Source: a virus. From it: a stretch of 64,000 nucleotides of DNA. The position numbers and the translations under genes are program-made. The notes below the pieces were generated by a model, which saw only the letters and a program-made list of their open reading frames with translations, did not search any database and was not told the origin of the DNA. The stretch lies in IMG/VR virus record IMGVR_UViG_3300045988_115163. One strand, 5' to 3'. Positions 25,855 through 37,300 of the stretch are shown one piece after another (positions within the stretch are counted from its first letter, which is position 1; each line of letters opens with the position of its first letter).

Positions 25855-26256
25855 TTAAATAATTAATACCCAGATTCTTACTATATTTACGTGAAGATTA
25901 CGAACTGCGTCATAGTCTTCCCGGGTTTCTGAACGGTGAATACGATAACGAGAATTGGATGATACCTGTTCTTTGATTATCTCATTCAAACGCTTTTCCA
26001 TCTTAGACATGACAGCTACGTTTTTTTTGCCGTTGCTAAGAGGTTTGGCGTAAAGATAGATATTCACTCCACCGGAAGCATAAGCGTTATAATCAGTCAA
26101 ACTTGTATCACAAGATATTACTACCATGTCCTTCCAGCTATCGGGAATAGTACTTGGTAGGGTAGACGGATATACATTTTCAGACAAATCCCCATCCAAT
26201 ATTTCATTGAAATAGGTTTCAATCGCAGATATGTTCAACAAATTATCATCTCTCAT
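25855..26256 (-). CDS. head-tail connector or tail completion protein (positional)
   Basis: Small ORF between the capsid and tail tube genes. ATGA-type overlap with its neighbour. Confidence 0.4.
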   Translation of the reverse strand: MRDDNLLNISAIETYFNEILDGDLSENVYPSTLPSTIPDSWKDMVVISCDTSLTDYNAYASGGVNIYLYAKPLSNGKKNVAVMSKMEKRLNEIIKEQVSSNSRYRIHRSETREDYDAVRNLHVNIVRIWVLII

Positions 26257-26726
26257 AATGCAGCTACCCTTCCATCTTGTATTTTATATACACTTGCTTC
26301 TTTTATCTTCGCAGCCAGTGCTCGGATATCGTCTCCTATCATAAAAATTACATTGTATTTCCTTTTCAACGGATATTGCCCGGCTTCCAATATTCCACCA
26401 TAAAACATGGCGACAACGACAACCAATTGCATACCATCCGAAGAAGGTTTAAATGTTGCAAAGAAATCTTCTATAGCCTCTCTTCCGCTGATTTTCTCCC
26501 CTGTGTTGGGGTCTTTTTTCTTAGTAGAAGACATAGGCGTAAAGAAACTTTTGGTATTCGGATAAATCTTATAATTATAATAGACTGCGCTTCCATAGCT
26601 ATCATGTAGGTTCTGTGTCTTATCCTTACCGAAATCTGCCTTTAGATAGGCTGTCTCAATAAGTTTCCGACCATCCCTTGCTAGCTTATTGGCTAGGTCT
26701 TTTATATATCCATCCTTTATACTCAC
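26253..26726 (-). CDS. head-tail connector protein (positional)
   Basis: Position in the connector block and overlapping stops/starts. Confidence 0.4.
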   Translation of the reverse strand: MSIKDGYIKDLANKLARDGRKLIETAYLKADFGKDKTQNLHDSYGSAVYYNYKIYPNTKSFFTPMSSTKKKDPNTGEKISGREAIEDFFATFKPSSDGMQLVVVVAMFYGGILEAGQYPLKRKYNVIFMIGDDIRALAAKIKEASVYKIQDGRVAAL

Positions 26727-27067
26727 GTTGTCCTATCAGTAATATAAGCCACACATCCACCCATCTGAGTGGGGAAAAGTCCAATGATAGTCCCATTGAC
26801 TTCCATTCCATACATAGAACCTCTAAAAAGATAACCACGTTTAATGTTAATGCCTACAGTAGTATCAAAAGGGAAATAGATATTGAATGAAGCGTTAATA
26901 GCTCCACTTGTATCTGTTTTTGATGATTCTTGTATGTCACATTTAGTTTCCAAGTCGATTATTTCTTCTTCTACTTGTTCATCCAATTTCTTACTTTCAT
27001 CAATCCAAATGTGATAAAACACACCATCAAACGGATATTCTTGTATGCGATTTCTCTCTATGTACAT
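26723..27067 (-). CDS. head-tail connector protein (positional)
   Basis: Position in the connector block. Confidence 0.4.
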   Translation of the reverse strand: MYIERNRIQEYPFDGVFYHIWIDESKKLDEQVEEEIIDLETKCDIQESSKTDTSGAINASFNIYFPFDTTVGINIKRGYLFRGSMYGMEVNGTIIGLFPTQMGGCVAYITDRTT

Positions 27068-27429
27068 CAGTCGTTCTCGTTAATCCATTGTAAACCTTCG
27101 CTTGGAATTTCCTCTATTTTGGGGTCGTCCCACTTTTGATATAACCCAATCATGACATTATAGACTTCTTTCTTGGTGTCGTATCGTTGACTACCGATGG
27201 TCTGTATAAATTGCCCATGTTGATTAGTCATGTTAGCGGTATAGTTAGGGGCAGTATAGATTACAAACAACAAATCAGCGAGACATAAGTCTTTCTGTTG
27301 CTGAGTAAGTTCTTTATAATCTGTTATGTCGGCTACATCACGTTCCATTGCGATACGGGTTAAGACCGCCTTATCGAAGACAAAGGCGGTCAACCCAGAA
27401 AGATAATCTATAATATCAAATTGTATCAT
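27067..27429 (-). CDS. head-tail connector or head completion protein (positional)
   Basis: Lies directly downstream of the capsid gene. Confidence 0.4.
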   Translation of the reverse strand: MIQFDIIDYLSGLTAFVFDKAVLTRIAMERDVADITDYKELTQQQKDLCLADLLFVIYTAPNYTANMTNQHGQFIQTIGSQRYDTKKEVYNVMIGLYQKWDDPKIEEIPSEGLQWINEND

Positions 27430-27430
27430 A

Positions 27431-28606
27431 TCAATTAGTCTTTGTAGTATCTACAATGATATGCCAAGGGAACTCGGTCAATGACGGGATGGCAGACATC
27501 ATCAAGTCCGTATGCCATTCTTTCAAACGTCCATTCGGCACAGTAGAGTTTACCAAGCGAGCGATACCGCCATCCAAAGAAGCGAATACCATCTTGATTT
27601 CGTCTACACCAAATTTCGGGAACAAGTTTTCATCCAAGATGTCAGTGTACTGGATATCACCAGCATAACCAACCGGACGGAGAACAGCGATACCTTCTTT
27701 CCAACCGTTTACCATTGTGGTCTTGTCCCATTCCAAGTTCTTTTCTTTCTCTACGACGATTTCGATTGGAGAAAGACCCGGGATGCTTGCCGTTGCGTTA
27801 CGGAAAAGTTCTTCGGGGATAATCTTGATTTCAGGAGAAGCCGTTGGGCTATTGGTATTCAGGTCACGATAGTACTGAATCCATTCACGAACTTCTGCAT
27901 TTTGCAGAATTACCTTCTGGAACATATCGTAAGTGACCATCCACTTCATTGCACCTTGGTAATTGGTACGTTCACGGAAATTGTATTCAATCTCTACCAT
28001 TTGGGTGAGCAACTTACAAGTCGGGTCAGTCCAAGTTTTTTCACCAGCTTTTACGAAGTTCTCTGCCGGAATTTCGGCTTTCTGGATTCTACCTCTGATA
28101 CCACGACCAAAGTCACAGATAGTCTTACCGGTAGATTGCAGTTGAGCACCGAGATAGTTCAGGGTTTGGTCTTTACTGTCAATCAGCAATTGAGCCTCTT
28201 CCGCCCATGCTTGCAGAATCTTCGCATCGTTTCCGAATTGAGCGAAATATTCCTCTTTATACTGACGCTCCATTGCTGTCTCAACGAGACCCGGGGTGAT
28301 AAAGTCAGGAATACTTGCAGAATAGAAAGCGAAACCTTCCTTATCCAGAGGGATAGAATCACCATACGGTGCTCGCATATCCATCAAAGGTGCAGAAGTT
28401 GATTTCTTGGTAGAAACGGTAAACGTTGCATCTCCTTTAGCATTCTTCGGAGTCTTGGTGTCAGCAATCGAATACTGAGTTCTCCACCATCCATAATTTA
28501 TACGGAGCATTTCAGAGTTATCAATGAAACTCTGCAAAAAGTTTATGCCCTCTCTACTGTTAAAGAGAGCAGCATATCTACTATTATTAAAGTCAAATTT
28601 TGCCAT
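27431..28606 (-). CDS. major capsid protein (lambda gpE-like family suspected)
   Basis: 391 aa. Gene order is scaffold, small accessory, then this ORF. Overall resemblance to gpE-type coat proteins, judged from memory only. Confidence 0.6.
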   Translation of the reverse strand: MAKFDFNNSRYAALFNSREGINFLQSFIDNSEMLRINYGWWRTQYSIADTKTPKNAKGDATFTVSTKKSTSAPLMDMRAPYGDSIPLDKEGFAFYSASIPDFITPGLVETAMERQYKEEYFAQFGNDAKILQAWAEEAQLLIDSKDQTLNYLGAQLQSTGKTICDFGRGIRGRIQKAEIPAENFVKAGEKTWTDPTCKLLTQMVEIEYNFRERTNYQGAMKWMVTYDMFQKVILQNAEVREWIQYYRDLNTNSPTASPEIKIIPEELFRNATASIPGLSPIEIVVEKEKNLEWDKTTMVNGWKEGIAVLRPVGYAGDIQYTDILDENLFPKFGVDEIKMVFASLDGGIARLVNSTVPNGRLKEWHTDLMMSAIPSLTEFPWHIIVDTTKTN

Positions 28607-28623
28607 TCTATATACTCCTTTCT

Positions 28624-29382
28624 TTAATTAGCACGAAGCGTGAACCATCCTTTTACTAAGGAAACATTTCTTTCTTTCAATACAGCCGGAGGCATTGGAG
28701 ACATTCGGTGAATGTATGCTGTTCCTCCCAAAGTCGGAGTTAGCATATATATTGCTCCGTCCCAATCGTCTTCATTCTTTGCGGGAATGTAAGAGAAATC
28801 ATAGTCGCAAGGAAGCATAGCATTGGGGTTCTGAACCAACATCTTATCGTCAGCACCAGCTTTTGTTCCTTCTACCAATACATCACCTACAGCCAATGCA
28901 CCGATAGCAGCACTTAATGTAAGTTTCCATACATCTGAGCCAGCATCAGTAGTTGCCTCTACAGCAGTAACCGTAGCGGAAGTACCTGTACCATCCAGAG
29001 TGTCCGGTGCTTTCATCAAGATGTTTCCAACTTCCGGTATGTGTCTGTAACCAGTACGAGCAATCAGAACTTCTGTTCCTGCGACTTCCACAATCTTTGC
29101 TACTTCAAAAGTTTTCATCAGAATTACAACAGCATTGTCACTATCATTTGTAGTACCGCCATTGTATCTATATTCTACCAAGTCACCAGCGTACATCTTT
29201 CCCCTTCCCTGAAAGGGATTCTGAACTACACCACCGGTAGTCGGGAAAACGAACTGGTTCTTTATGCCCTGCAATTTTACGAAGACGTATCGAGTCCCCC
29301 CGATGCTTCCTCTTTTCTGTACAAGTGCCGTACCTAAGAATACGCCACCATACATGAAATCGTTAAAATCGTTTTCGTTCAT
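28624..29382 (-). CDS. capsid accessory or decoration-like protein (positional)
   Basis: 252 aa, between the scaffold-like and capsid genes, as gpD sits in lambda. No motif. Confidence 0.35.
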   Translation of the reverse strand: MNENDFNDFMYGGVFLGTALVQKRGSIGGTRYVFVKLQGIKNQFVFPTTGGVVQNPFQGRGKMYAGDLVEYRYNGGTTNDSDNAVVILMKTFEVAKIVEVAGTEVLIARTGYRHIPEVGNILMKAPDTLDGTGTSATVTAVEATTDAGSDVWKLTLSAAIGALAVGDVLVEGTKAGADDKMLVQNPNAMLPCDYDFSYIPAKNEDDWDGAIYMLTPTLGGTAYIHRMSPMPPAVLKERNVSLVKGWFTLRAN

Positions 29383-29386
29383 TTTA

Positions 29387-30007
29387 TTATTCTTTTTTAG
29401 GTTTCAAGTCGCTCCAAAGTTCCTTCTCATCCAAGATGGGTTCTCCCTTTGGGGTTTTGGGAGTAATGATAGAAGGAATCTCAGCCTTCGATTTGTTGTA
29501 AATCTTTAAATAAGATTCAGTCTTCTTGTCTACATCGAAATCTTCGGTAATGTTGATTTCAGAGATGAATTCGTTTGCCCATTCTTTGTCAACTCCCTTT
29601 TCTCCCAATTTCGACAAAAGTGTACTTCTCAAAGAGCCGATTTTCTCCTTTCTTTCCTTTTCAGCAAGCTGCGCTTCCAACCGTTCCAACCGTTCCTGAA
29701 TAGGGTCTTTCTTGTTCTTGTCCGGGTCAGGATTTGGGTCAGGGTCGGGATTAGGATTTAGAGGATTCTTTTCCTTATACATTTTTACGAAATCTGCGTT
29801 ATCTTTTTCAACATTGGCGTTTTGCGTACTTACAATAGGCAAAGCGGCTTTGAAGAAAACATCCAACTCAGTTTCATCGTTTGCAAGTAACGGCATTAGG
29901 GTGTCTAATGTGGTGTTAATGCTTCTTTCTGTCAAACGCAGGGTTTTCCCGCCTTTGGTCAGTTCACCTTTGAGTTTTTCAAAGGCTTCTTGTTTCGTAA
30001 ACTTCAT
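29387..30007 (-). CDS. scaffolding-like protein
   Basis: ATG at 30007 follows GGGAGA. Helical/charged with a NPNPDPDPNPDPD linker and a coiled coil ERLERLEAQLAEKERKEK. First gene of the capsid operon. Confidence 0.5.
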   Translation of the reverse strand: MKFTKQEAFEKLKGELTKGGKTLRLTERSINTTLDTLMPLLANDETELDVFFKAALPIVSTQNANVEKDNADFVKMYKEKNPLNPNPDPDPNPDPDKNKKDPIQERLERLEAQLAEKERKEKIGSLRSTLLSKLGEKGVDKEWANEFISEINITEDFDVDKKTESYLKIYNKSKAEIPSIITPKTPKGEPILDEKELWSDLKPKKE

Positions 30008-30144
30008 AGTTTCTCCCAATTAGTTAATAATTCACACACAAAATAAAGCATTACTAACAAGTTAGAGATGAGAATATTCCCAAAATGTTATCATATCTGA
30101 TAAGATTACTTATATTTGAGAATTTTTTCAAACATAAAGAACGC

Positions 30145-30152
30145 TATTTTTG
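30145..30152 (+). promoter_or_regulatory. candidate -7 promoter box (TATTTTTG) for the terminase-portal-fibre operon
   Basis: TAnnTTTG match 14 nt upstream of the ATG at 30166, in a divergent intergenic region. Confidence 0.35.
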
Positions 30153-30165
30153 TGGTTATAAAGAT

Positions 30166-31788
30166 ATGGAAAAGGAGGAAGTAAAAAATAAAGCGAAAGT
30201 GTTTAGACCCCAAGCTGGTGGTCAAGAAGCATTTGTTAGATCAAACGTAGATGTTTGCTTCTTTGGAGGCGTATTGAACTGCGGTAAGAGCTTCGGTGCT
30301 ATTTTGTCTGTAGCTGAATGGTCTAAGATACCTCGTTTCCGTGCTGTTTTCACTCGTAGAAATCTACAAGACACCAAAGCTGGTGGTGGTATGGTAGATG
30401 AATTTAAAAACGTTTATGGTGATAGCGTTAAATCCAAGGAAACAGATAGTCCTCGTATAACTTTCCCTTCTGGTGCTTTTGTAGACATTACACATATTGC
30501 TGATGAAAATCCTAAGAAGTTGATGGAACGTGTCAAAGGATGGCAGTATGATATGGTATATATGGATGAGTTAACATCCTATGAGTGGTCTACATTCAAT
30601 ACAATTATTACCCGTAACCGTGGTTCGGCTGGTATCGGTTCAAAGGTACGTGGCACAACCAATCCCAAGAAGTCTCACTGGCTTCGGACATTCCTTAAAC
30701 CTTATATTGGATATGATGGCTTTATCCGTCCTGACATGGATAGAAAGGTGCTGTATTTCTTCATTGAAGGTGAAACTGTTGATACTGTTGTTTGGGGAGA
30801 AAGTAAAGAAGAGGTATATCAGAAATGTAAGATATCCATAGACCGTAAACTGAAAGCCGTTAATAAAGGAGTGGTCAAGTTTTCCTATGAGAACTTGATT
30901 AAATCCTTCTGTTTTATATTAGGTAATATAAGTGAAAACGTTGCTTCATTAGGAGATAATAAAGACTATATTGGTAGCGTTGCCGCATCTGGTGGAAAGC
31001 GTGGTCAAATACTTTTGGAAGGTAACTGGAACGTAGACGAAGACGACGATTCAGAAGCTCCTATACCATCTTCTGTAGCCAGAGAGACATTTATGACTGA
31101 CCCACAGCGAAATGGGGACAGATGGATTACAGCCGACTTAGCGGATTATGGAACAGATAATCTGGTAGCAATTGCATGGGATGGACTGCACATCTTGGAT
31201 GTTATGATTTTAGGGAAGACTACACCTAGAATGAATGCTGACAGATTATTATCATTTGCAGAAAAATGGGATATAGCAAACACTCATATTATATTCGATG
31301 GAACAAATGCAAGATACATGTCTGACTATATACCGGATGCTCTTCCTTTCCTTTCAAGTAATGCTCCCTGTGGAATGTACGCTCGTTCGGCTTACCTATT
31401 AAAAGATGAGTGCTATCTACGTCTAAGATTTCTTATTAATGAAGGTATGTTGTCGTGGGATGATGAAGTTGCTTCAAGACGCTATTATCATTCCAAGATG
31501 AAAGAAGAGATTAGCATACAGACAGAGTTTATCGAGGAATGTTCCGTTGTCCGGTTCAAGCAACAGTTCAGTGGAAAGTTCCGTCTTTTAAGTAAGAAGG
31601 AAATGAATCAGATGCTAGGTAAAGGGCGTTCTATGGACTTACTTGACCCTATAGCTTACCGGATGCTTCCATTGTTAGAATATAAATATGGAGAAGAGTT
31701 GACTCAAACAGCTAAGTTTGATGAACCGGAAAAAAGTATTATTACTCATAGAAGAGACAATATATATAATCCAAGTTTTTGGGCATAG
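30166..31788 (+). CDS. terL: terminase large subunit
   Basis: Walker A-like FFGGVLNCGKSFG, Walker B MVYMDELTS, and a C-terminal nuclease-sized domain. ATG at 30166. Confidence 0.85.
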   Translation: MEKEEVKNKAKVFRPQAGGQEAFVRSNVDVCFFGGVLNCGKSFGAILSVAEWSKIPRFRAVFTRRNLQDTKAGGGMVDEFKNVYGDSVKSKETDSPRITFPSGAFVDITHIADENPKKLMERVKGWQYDMVYMDELTSYEWSTFNTIITRNRGSAGIGSKVRGTTNPKKSHWLRTFLKPYIGYDGFIRPDMDRKVLYFFIEGETVDTVVWGESKEEVYQKCKISIDRKLKAVNKGVVKFSYENLIKSFCFILGNISENVASLGDNKDYIGSVAASGGKRGQILLEGNWNVDEDDDSEAPIPSSVARETFMTDPQRNGDRWITADLADYGTDNLVAIAWDGLHILDVMILGKTTPRMNADRLLSFAEKWDIANTHIIFDGTNARYMSDYIPDALPFLSSNAPCGMYARSAYLLKDECYLRLRFLINEGMLSWDDEVASRRYYHSKMKEEISIQTEFIEECSVVRFKQQFSGKFRLLSKKEMNQMLGKGRSMDLLDPIAYRMLPLLEYKYGEELTQTAKFDEPEKSIITHRRDNIYNPSFWA

Positions 31789-31797
31789 GAGGTACAA

Positions 31798-32370
31798 ATG
31801 AATTTAGAAGACATTAAAGATACAATCAACGCAGGGAAGAAGCTGAAACATAACATTTCAGTCCGGGACATTTCTTATGTTCTTCTTCTAAATAGTTTTG
31901 ATGATAATAAGATTGCATTCAAAGCGATTTGGGGCAATGAAAGTGATGAAGAAGACATGAAAGAATATATGTCTTCCAAAAAGATAATTTTTCTACAAAC
32001 TTATCTGAAAGCATTAAATAAAGATGAGAAGGAAGAAGTAAAATCTCCTGTTAAAGTAGAAAATTTCGCAGAAGACATTACTTTTGAGGAAAATAAGGCA
32101 GAACTTATTAAGTTGCTAAGTGATGTCAAGACAGCGCATACAGAGGGAAAATTGGATGCGAAAGATGCTCTCAAAATGCAGATTGATATTCGAACCAAAC
32201 TAAATGACAAGTTCGGCACAGAAGAGAAAGAAGATAAGGATTGCGTTGTAGTGGTTGAACCTAAGTTCAATTATATTTGTCCCTACACCCAAAGAGAATG
32301 TTATGTAAACAGTAAAGAACAATGTATGAAACGGTACAATTTAATTGAAAAGGAGACAAACAATGGCTGA
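31798..32370 (+). CDS. hypothetical protein
   Basis: 190-aa acidic ORF between TerL and the portal. Confidence 0.5.
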   Translation: MNLEDIKDTINAGKKLKHNISVRDISYVLLLNSFDDNKIAFKAIWGNESDEEDMKEYMSSKKIIFLQTYLKALNKDEKEEVKSPVKVENFAEDITFEENKAELIKLLSDVKTAHTEGKLDAKDALKMQIDIRTKLNDKFGTEEKEDKDCVVVVEPKFNYICPYTQRECYVNSKEQCMKRYNLIEKETNNG

Positions 32371-33880
32371 TTATAAAGAACAAATAAAGTATTTGATTGA
32401 CAATCCGGATGAGTTGCTTCAAAAGAAGCCATTCTTTAGAGGGGTTGTAGACTATAGTAGTTTATGGAATCACACACGTGAAGTATCCATCAACCAAACA
32501 GTAAGGGCGGAATTGCCTAAATTTAAAAAGAAAGTTATCTCACAACAACAATTTCTGGAAGAACTAGACCCTCAGTGCCACAAAGTCCTCTTTGACCAGA
32601 ATGTCCCTTCTATTACCATGAAGTTGGATAACGGTAGCTATGTGGAGATTGAATATCAAAAAATGGCTGTATCTTATCAGAAGAACATAAAAGATAAGCA
32701 GGTTCTTCATCTGTGTGGGAATGACATGCTATTTACTCTTATGGAAACGCAGCCTTCTGAACAACAAGCTAAAGACTTCATTACTTTTAAACAATATTGG
32801 AGATTACGTAATCAGGATGGCATGAAGACTAAACTGGTTGATGCTCAATTGTCTGTAGGTGATGCAGGTTTACTTTACTACTTTGACAATAAAAAGAGAA
32901 TCAAATGCCGTCTTTTATCTTTTATGGATGGATATATCCTGTGTCCTCACAATGACGATAATGGAGACCGGATATTAGAAAGTGTCTACTACACCGATGG
33001 AGAGACGGAATACATTGATTCTTACGACGACACATATGTTTACCACCATAGCAATAGCGGTCTGGATGCAGCCGATAAAGGATGGAAACTGGAAAGTGTA
33101 GAGGTTCATGGTTTTTCCGAAATACCTTTAGTAACAAAACGTGGAGATGTTGCATGGAACAATGCACAAAGCATCATTGAAGCATACGAAGTGTTATATA
33201 ACATATTCAATGTCATTCAGAAACGTCATGGTTGGGGTATCCTCTATATTAAAGGTCGTTTCGATGATAGCGGAAAGACGATAGCGGGTAGCGTAATTCT
33301 AAACGATAGGTCTATGAATGCAGAAGGGGATGCTAAATTCCTGTCTCCCCCATCTCCACAAGGATATCTGGACACTCTTCAATTGCTGGAAGAAACTATT
33401 CAGAAATGTTCCAGCACGACCTTTATTCTTCCCAAAGACATTAAAATGTCCGGTGATATATCCGGCATTGCGATTATGATGTCTATGTCAATGGATATTG
33501 AAAACGCATTGCAAAAGGTTATTGACTACCAAAATGTTGCCGATAAAATGTGTCGTCTGTTCAAAGAAGGATTGGCTAAAGAATTGGTTGAGAAAAAGAT
33601 ACAATCAACAGCGGTAACAGACTTTGAACAATTGAACATCAATGCTTCTTTCAAAGTATGGAGACCACAGTCAGATACCGAATTTGCATCTATGCTTGTG
33701 AATTTAAAGACAAATGGTATCATATCCGAAGAAACAGCCACAGAAGAAAGTCCAGTTTCTGCTCCTGATGAAAAAGAACGCAGGAAAAAAGAGGTAGAGT
33801 TGCAAGAACAAAGAGAAATAGAAAAAGAAGAGAGAAGTGCTAAATTAGCGGCTTCTAAGAGCAATAATAATGAAAAATAA
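32363..33880 (+). CDS. portal protein
   Basis: About 505 aa, following TerL. AAGGAG precedes the ATG at 32363. Charged C-terminal tail. The call rests on size and position. Confidence 0.6.
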   Translation: MADYKEQIKYLIDNPDELLQKKPFFRGVVDYSSLWNHTREVSINQTVRAELPKFKKKVISQQQFLEELDPQCHKVLFDQNVPSITMKLDNGSYVEIEYQKMAVSYQKNIKDKQVLHLCGNDMLFTLMETQPSEQQAKDFITFKQYWRLRNQDGMKTKLVDAQLSVGDAGLLYYFDNKKRIKCRLLSFMDGYILCPHNDDNGDRILESVYYTDGETEYIDSYDDTYVYHHSNSGLDAADKGWKLESVEVHGFSEIPLVTKRGDVAWNNAQSIIEAYEVLYNIFNVIQKRHGWGILYIKGRFDDSGKTIAGSVILNDRSMNAEGDAKFLSPPSPQGYLDTLQLLEETIQKCSSTTFILPKDIKMSGDISGIAIMMSMSMDIENALQKVIDYQNVADKMCRLFKEGLAKELVEKKIQSTAVTDFEQLNINASFKVWRPQSDTEFASMLVNLKTNGIISEETATEESPVSAPDEKERRKKEVELQEQREIEKEERSAKLAASKSNNNEK

Positions 33881-33915
33881 TTAGTATCTTTGGGTACTAT
33901 CTAAAACTCTATTTC

Positions 33916-34305
33916 ATGGATTGGCAAAGCATCATAACGATTGTAAGTGTATTATTAGGTGGTGGTGGAGCGATTGCTCTATATAAAGCTAAACCTGAGA
34001 AGGTTTCTTATGAAATAAAGAATCTGCGTGAAATCATCGAAGAGATAAAGAAAAATCGAGATGAGGACAAAAGAGAGAATAGAGAAGAAATCGAGAGACT
34101 TAATCTTAAAATAGGAAAGTTAGAATTAAACGATGATATCAAGTCCAGAGCCATTTCAAAATGGCTCACTTGCCATTTTATACCAAGGGAAAGTAATTGT
34201 CCTGTAGCTGAATTTATCGAGAATGCAGAAAAGATTATTCAGAAGAAAACAGAACAGATTAACAATATAAAAGAAAAGAGAAATAATGAGCAAGCAATTA
34301 GTTAA
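33916..34305 (+). CDS. membrane-anchored coiled-coil protein
   Basis: N-terminal TM helix IITIVSVLLGGGGAIALY followed by a charged helical region. Overlaps the fibre start by 20 nt. Confidence 0.5.
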   Translation: MDWQSIITIVSVLLGGGGAIALYKAKPEKVSYEIKNLREIIEEIKKNRDEDKRENREEIERLNLKIGKLELNDDIKSRAISKWLTCHFIPRESNCPVAEFIENAEKIIQKKTEQINNIKEKRNNEQAIS

Positions 34306-37300
34306 AATCTTCACCTATGTAGACGGAGTGAATGATACTCCTTTTCCAAATGAAGAGAATCAATTAATTATTCCTGAGTATTCCTTTAGTGATATCCGCA
34401 TGGGTTCTGTGAACCTAACCGCTACTGCAATGTATCCGACCTGTTTGGATGATAAATGGGTTACAGGAAAACAATATGCTGATTTTCGTGGTGAGAGATA
34501 TTTTATAGTTAAAACTCCGTCTTCTTCCAAATCAAACGACGATGTTCGATATAAACATGACATTGAATTCGTTTCTGAAAGAAACATCTTGGAGACTATT
34601 TATTTCTATGATGTTGTATCTGATAACACTTCGGTAGACCGATATGTAAGTAATAGCACAAAGGTATTGTTCTACGGAGATGTGCATGAACTGGTTGCTC
34701 GTTTGAATTATTCTCTGGAATATAGTCAGGTATCCTACCGAGTTGTCGTTGATGCAGGCATTACTTCCGAGGTTAAGCAGGTCTCTTTAGAAGATGTGTT
34801 TGTCTTTGATGCTATACAGGAGATTTTCAATATCTTTGAACTTCCTTTTTATTTCGTAGGAAAGACATGTCATGTTGGCTTTACGGATAATGCCATTACT
34901 CATACATTCCGGTATGGAAAAGATTATGAGTTGCTTTCCATTAATAAGACAAATGCCAATTATAAAATAACCAACCGAGTTACCGGAACGGGTAGTTCGG
35001 ATAACATTCAGTTCTATTATCCAAATCCAAGCAACGACCGGGCAGAGATTGAAGCGGCAGGCGGGAAATGGATAACTCCGGCTGGCACTCTTATGCCTCC
35101 TATCTATCGAGATACGGACGGTGCAGAGCGTTTCTATAATGCAATTAATAAAAGGTATATCAATCCAGAAACAGGAGAATACTATGTCTTTGAGAATGAA
35201 TTTACAACAGCTAGTCAGAAGGAACAAATTGTTACTTTTGAAGATATAAAGCCTACAATTAAAAACACTCTCAATGCTGCCGGTTTACGCATAGACGAAA
35301 TTATAGATGTAGCTTTTGACAAGGACGATAACGATGAGGTAGACGAAAGCACCGGAGATTATGTTCATTCTTACTTCTATGTAAAGCTGAACCGTTTTAG
35401 TGGAGACTACGGATTCAACTTATTCGAACAACCGATTGTAGGTAGCGACGCTTCTATTGTAATGACAAGTGGAAATTGTAATGCTTGTACATTCCAAATT
35501 GGAGTTATAGAAGTAGAAGAAGATGGAAAGACTGTTTTTAAGAATCCGGTACAAGTTGACAAAAATGGCAATATTGCAGAAGGTAACTATGCCGATAAAG
35601 TAAAGCCTAATAACATACAAGCCAACCAGCAAGATACTACACAGAATGAGGTATGGATTGCTTTGAAAAAAGACAATACTACCTTTGGTATGGTAATGCC
35701 GAATAAGAATGGAAATATCAGACCCTCCTATGGGGACAGCTTTGTTATCACAAACATTGATATGCCGCAGACCTATATCTACAAGGCAGAGAATGAATTG
35801 GAAGAAGCTATCCTTAAATACATGGCTAACAATAATAGTGAAAAGTTTACGTTCTCTATTAAGTTAAGTCGTATCTTCCTTGCTGAAAATCCGGCTATAG
35901 AAGCACTGATTAATTCAAGTGCACGTATTGATTTAGAATACAATGGCAAATACCATCAGCTTTATGTATCCAGCTATACTTATCGTTCAGATAGTGAAGT
36001 TCTACCGGAAATTACGATTGAACTGGCAGATACACTTACGATAAGTAAGAACTCCATTCAGACCAGCATTGATTCTGTCAAGCAGGATATAATGAATACT
36101 ATTGGAGGTGTAGACTTCTTGAAACAAGGTCTGAAATACTTTCTTCGTAAAGATACGGAAGATATTGCACGTTTCTTTATTTCTTTCCTGAGAGGTATCA
36201 AGATTGGCAACTATGTATCCGGTGGAGACATTGGCGGTATATTTGCTGTTGATGGGAATGGAAAGACATTCATTGAGACTGACTTCTTAAAAGTACGTAT
36301 GAAAGCCTACTTTGAGACGTTAGAGATTATCAATACCGGTAGTATTGCCGGACGGCAGATTATCACTCCCGGTGGCTCTATCAAATGTATTAAGGTAGTA
36401 GACCGAGAGGAAATAATTAACGAAGATGGAGAAAAAGAAGAAAAGGTATGGAACTTCTACCGGTGCTATTTCCTCGCTGAACAAGATGGAGTAAAGGTAG
36501 AGAATCGTTTCCGTAAAAACGACCAAGCTCTTTCACAGGACTTCAACATCAAAGAGGGTGTTTATGAAAATGTTTCCAATCATTATTATTGGAGACTGGT
36601 TGTGGGCGTAGGCGATGATTATATTGACTTGTCTAAGACCGATGCAGATACAAAGAGTGATGCTCCGGCTATAGGCGATGTAATCTGTCAATTAGGTCAC
36701 AGAGACGACAAAGTACCAGAACGCCAGAACGCCATGATATTTAGTGCGGTGGATTTATATTCTCCGTCTTTAACCATGTATGCTGGCATTAATTCCTATT
36801 CCTATGTGAATAAGGATTACATCTCTTATGGCGTTGATAAGACGACCAACAAAGCCTTTATGAATGTCTATGGAGATACTTATATTGGCGATAGGAATCG
36901 TACTTCTTATATGGAATTTAAGACTGGAAAAGGTCTGAAAATAAAAGGTCAATTGGAGGTAGGCTCAACCATCGGAAATGGTTCAACCATTGAAGGCGCT
37001 TTAGACAAAGCGACTCAGGATGCTATTGATGCAGCTACCGAAGATTTGACTAACTACGCTAAAGAGGTAACAGAAATCCTGAATAACATTCAATATCAAA
37101 TAGATGGTCAAATTGAAAGTTTCTTTGAAAAATATAGCCCAACTCTGACGAATAAACCTGCCGTTGATTGGACTACCGAGGAATTAAAGAAACAACATGC
37201 CAATGATACCTTTACCAACATTGATACAGGCGAAAGCTGGAAATGGGTAAAAGATGGTACTACTTGGAAATGGAGTGTCATTGAAGATACAGCTACTCTA

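Noticed and set aside
27456-28402. Plus-strand ORFs antisense to the capsid gene, including a 296-aa ORF at 27512-28402
   Set aside because: They are fully contained in the better-supported minus-strand capsid ORF, which sits in a co-oriented operon. Their composition is atypical and they have no start context.
30085-30165. Upstream extension of the terminase ORF (track start 30085)
   Set aside because: The extension (MLSYLIRLLIFENFF...) overlaps the candidate promoter box and lacks protein-like character. The ATG at 30166 begins the conserved part.
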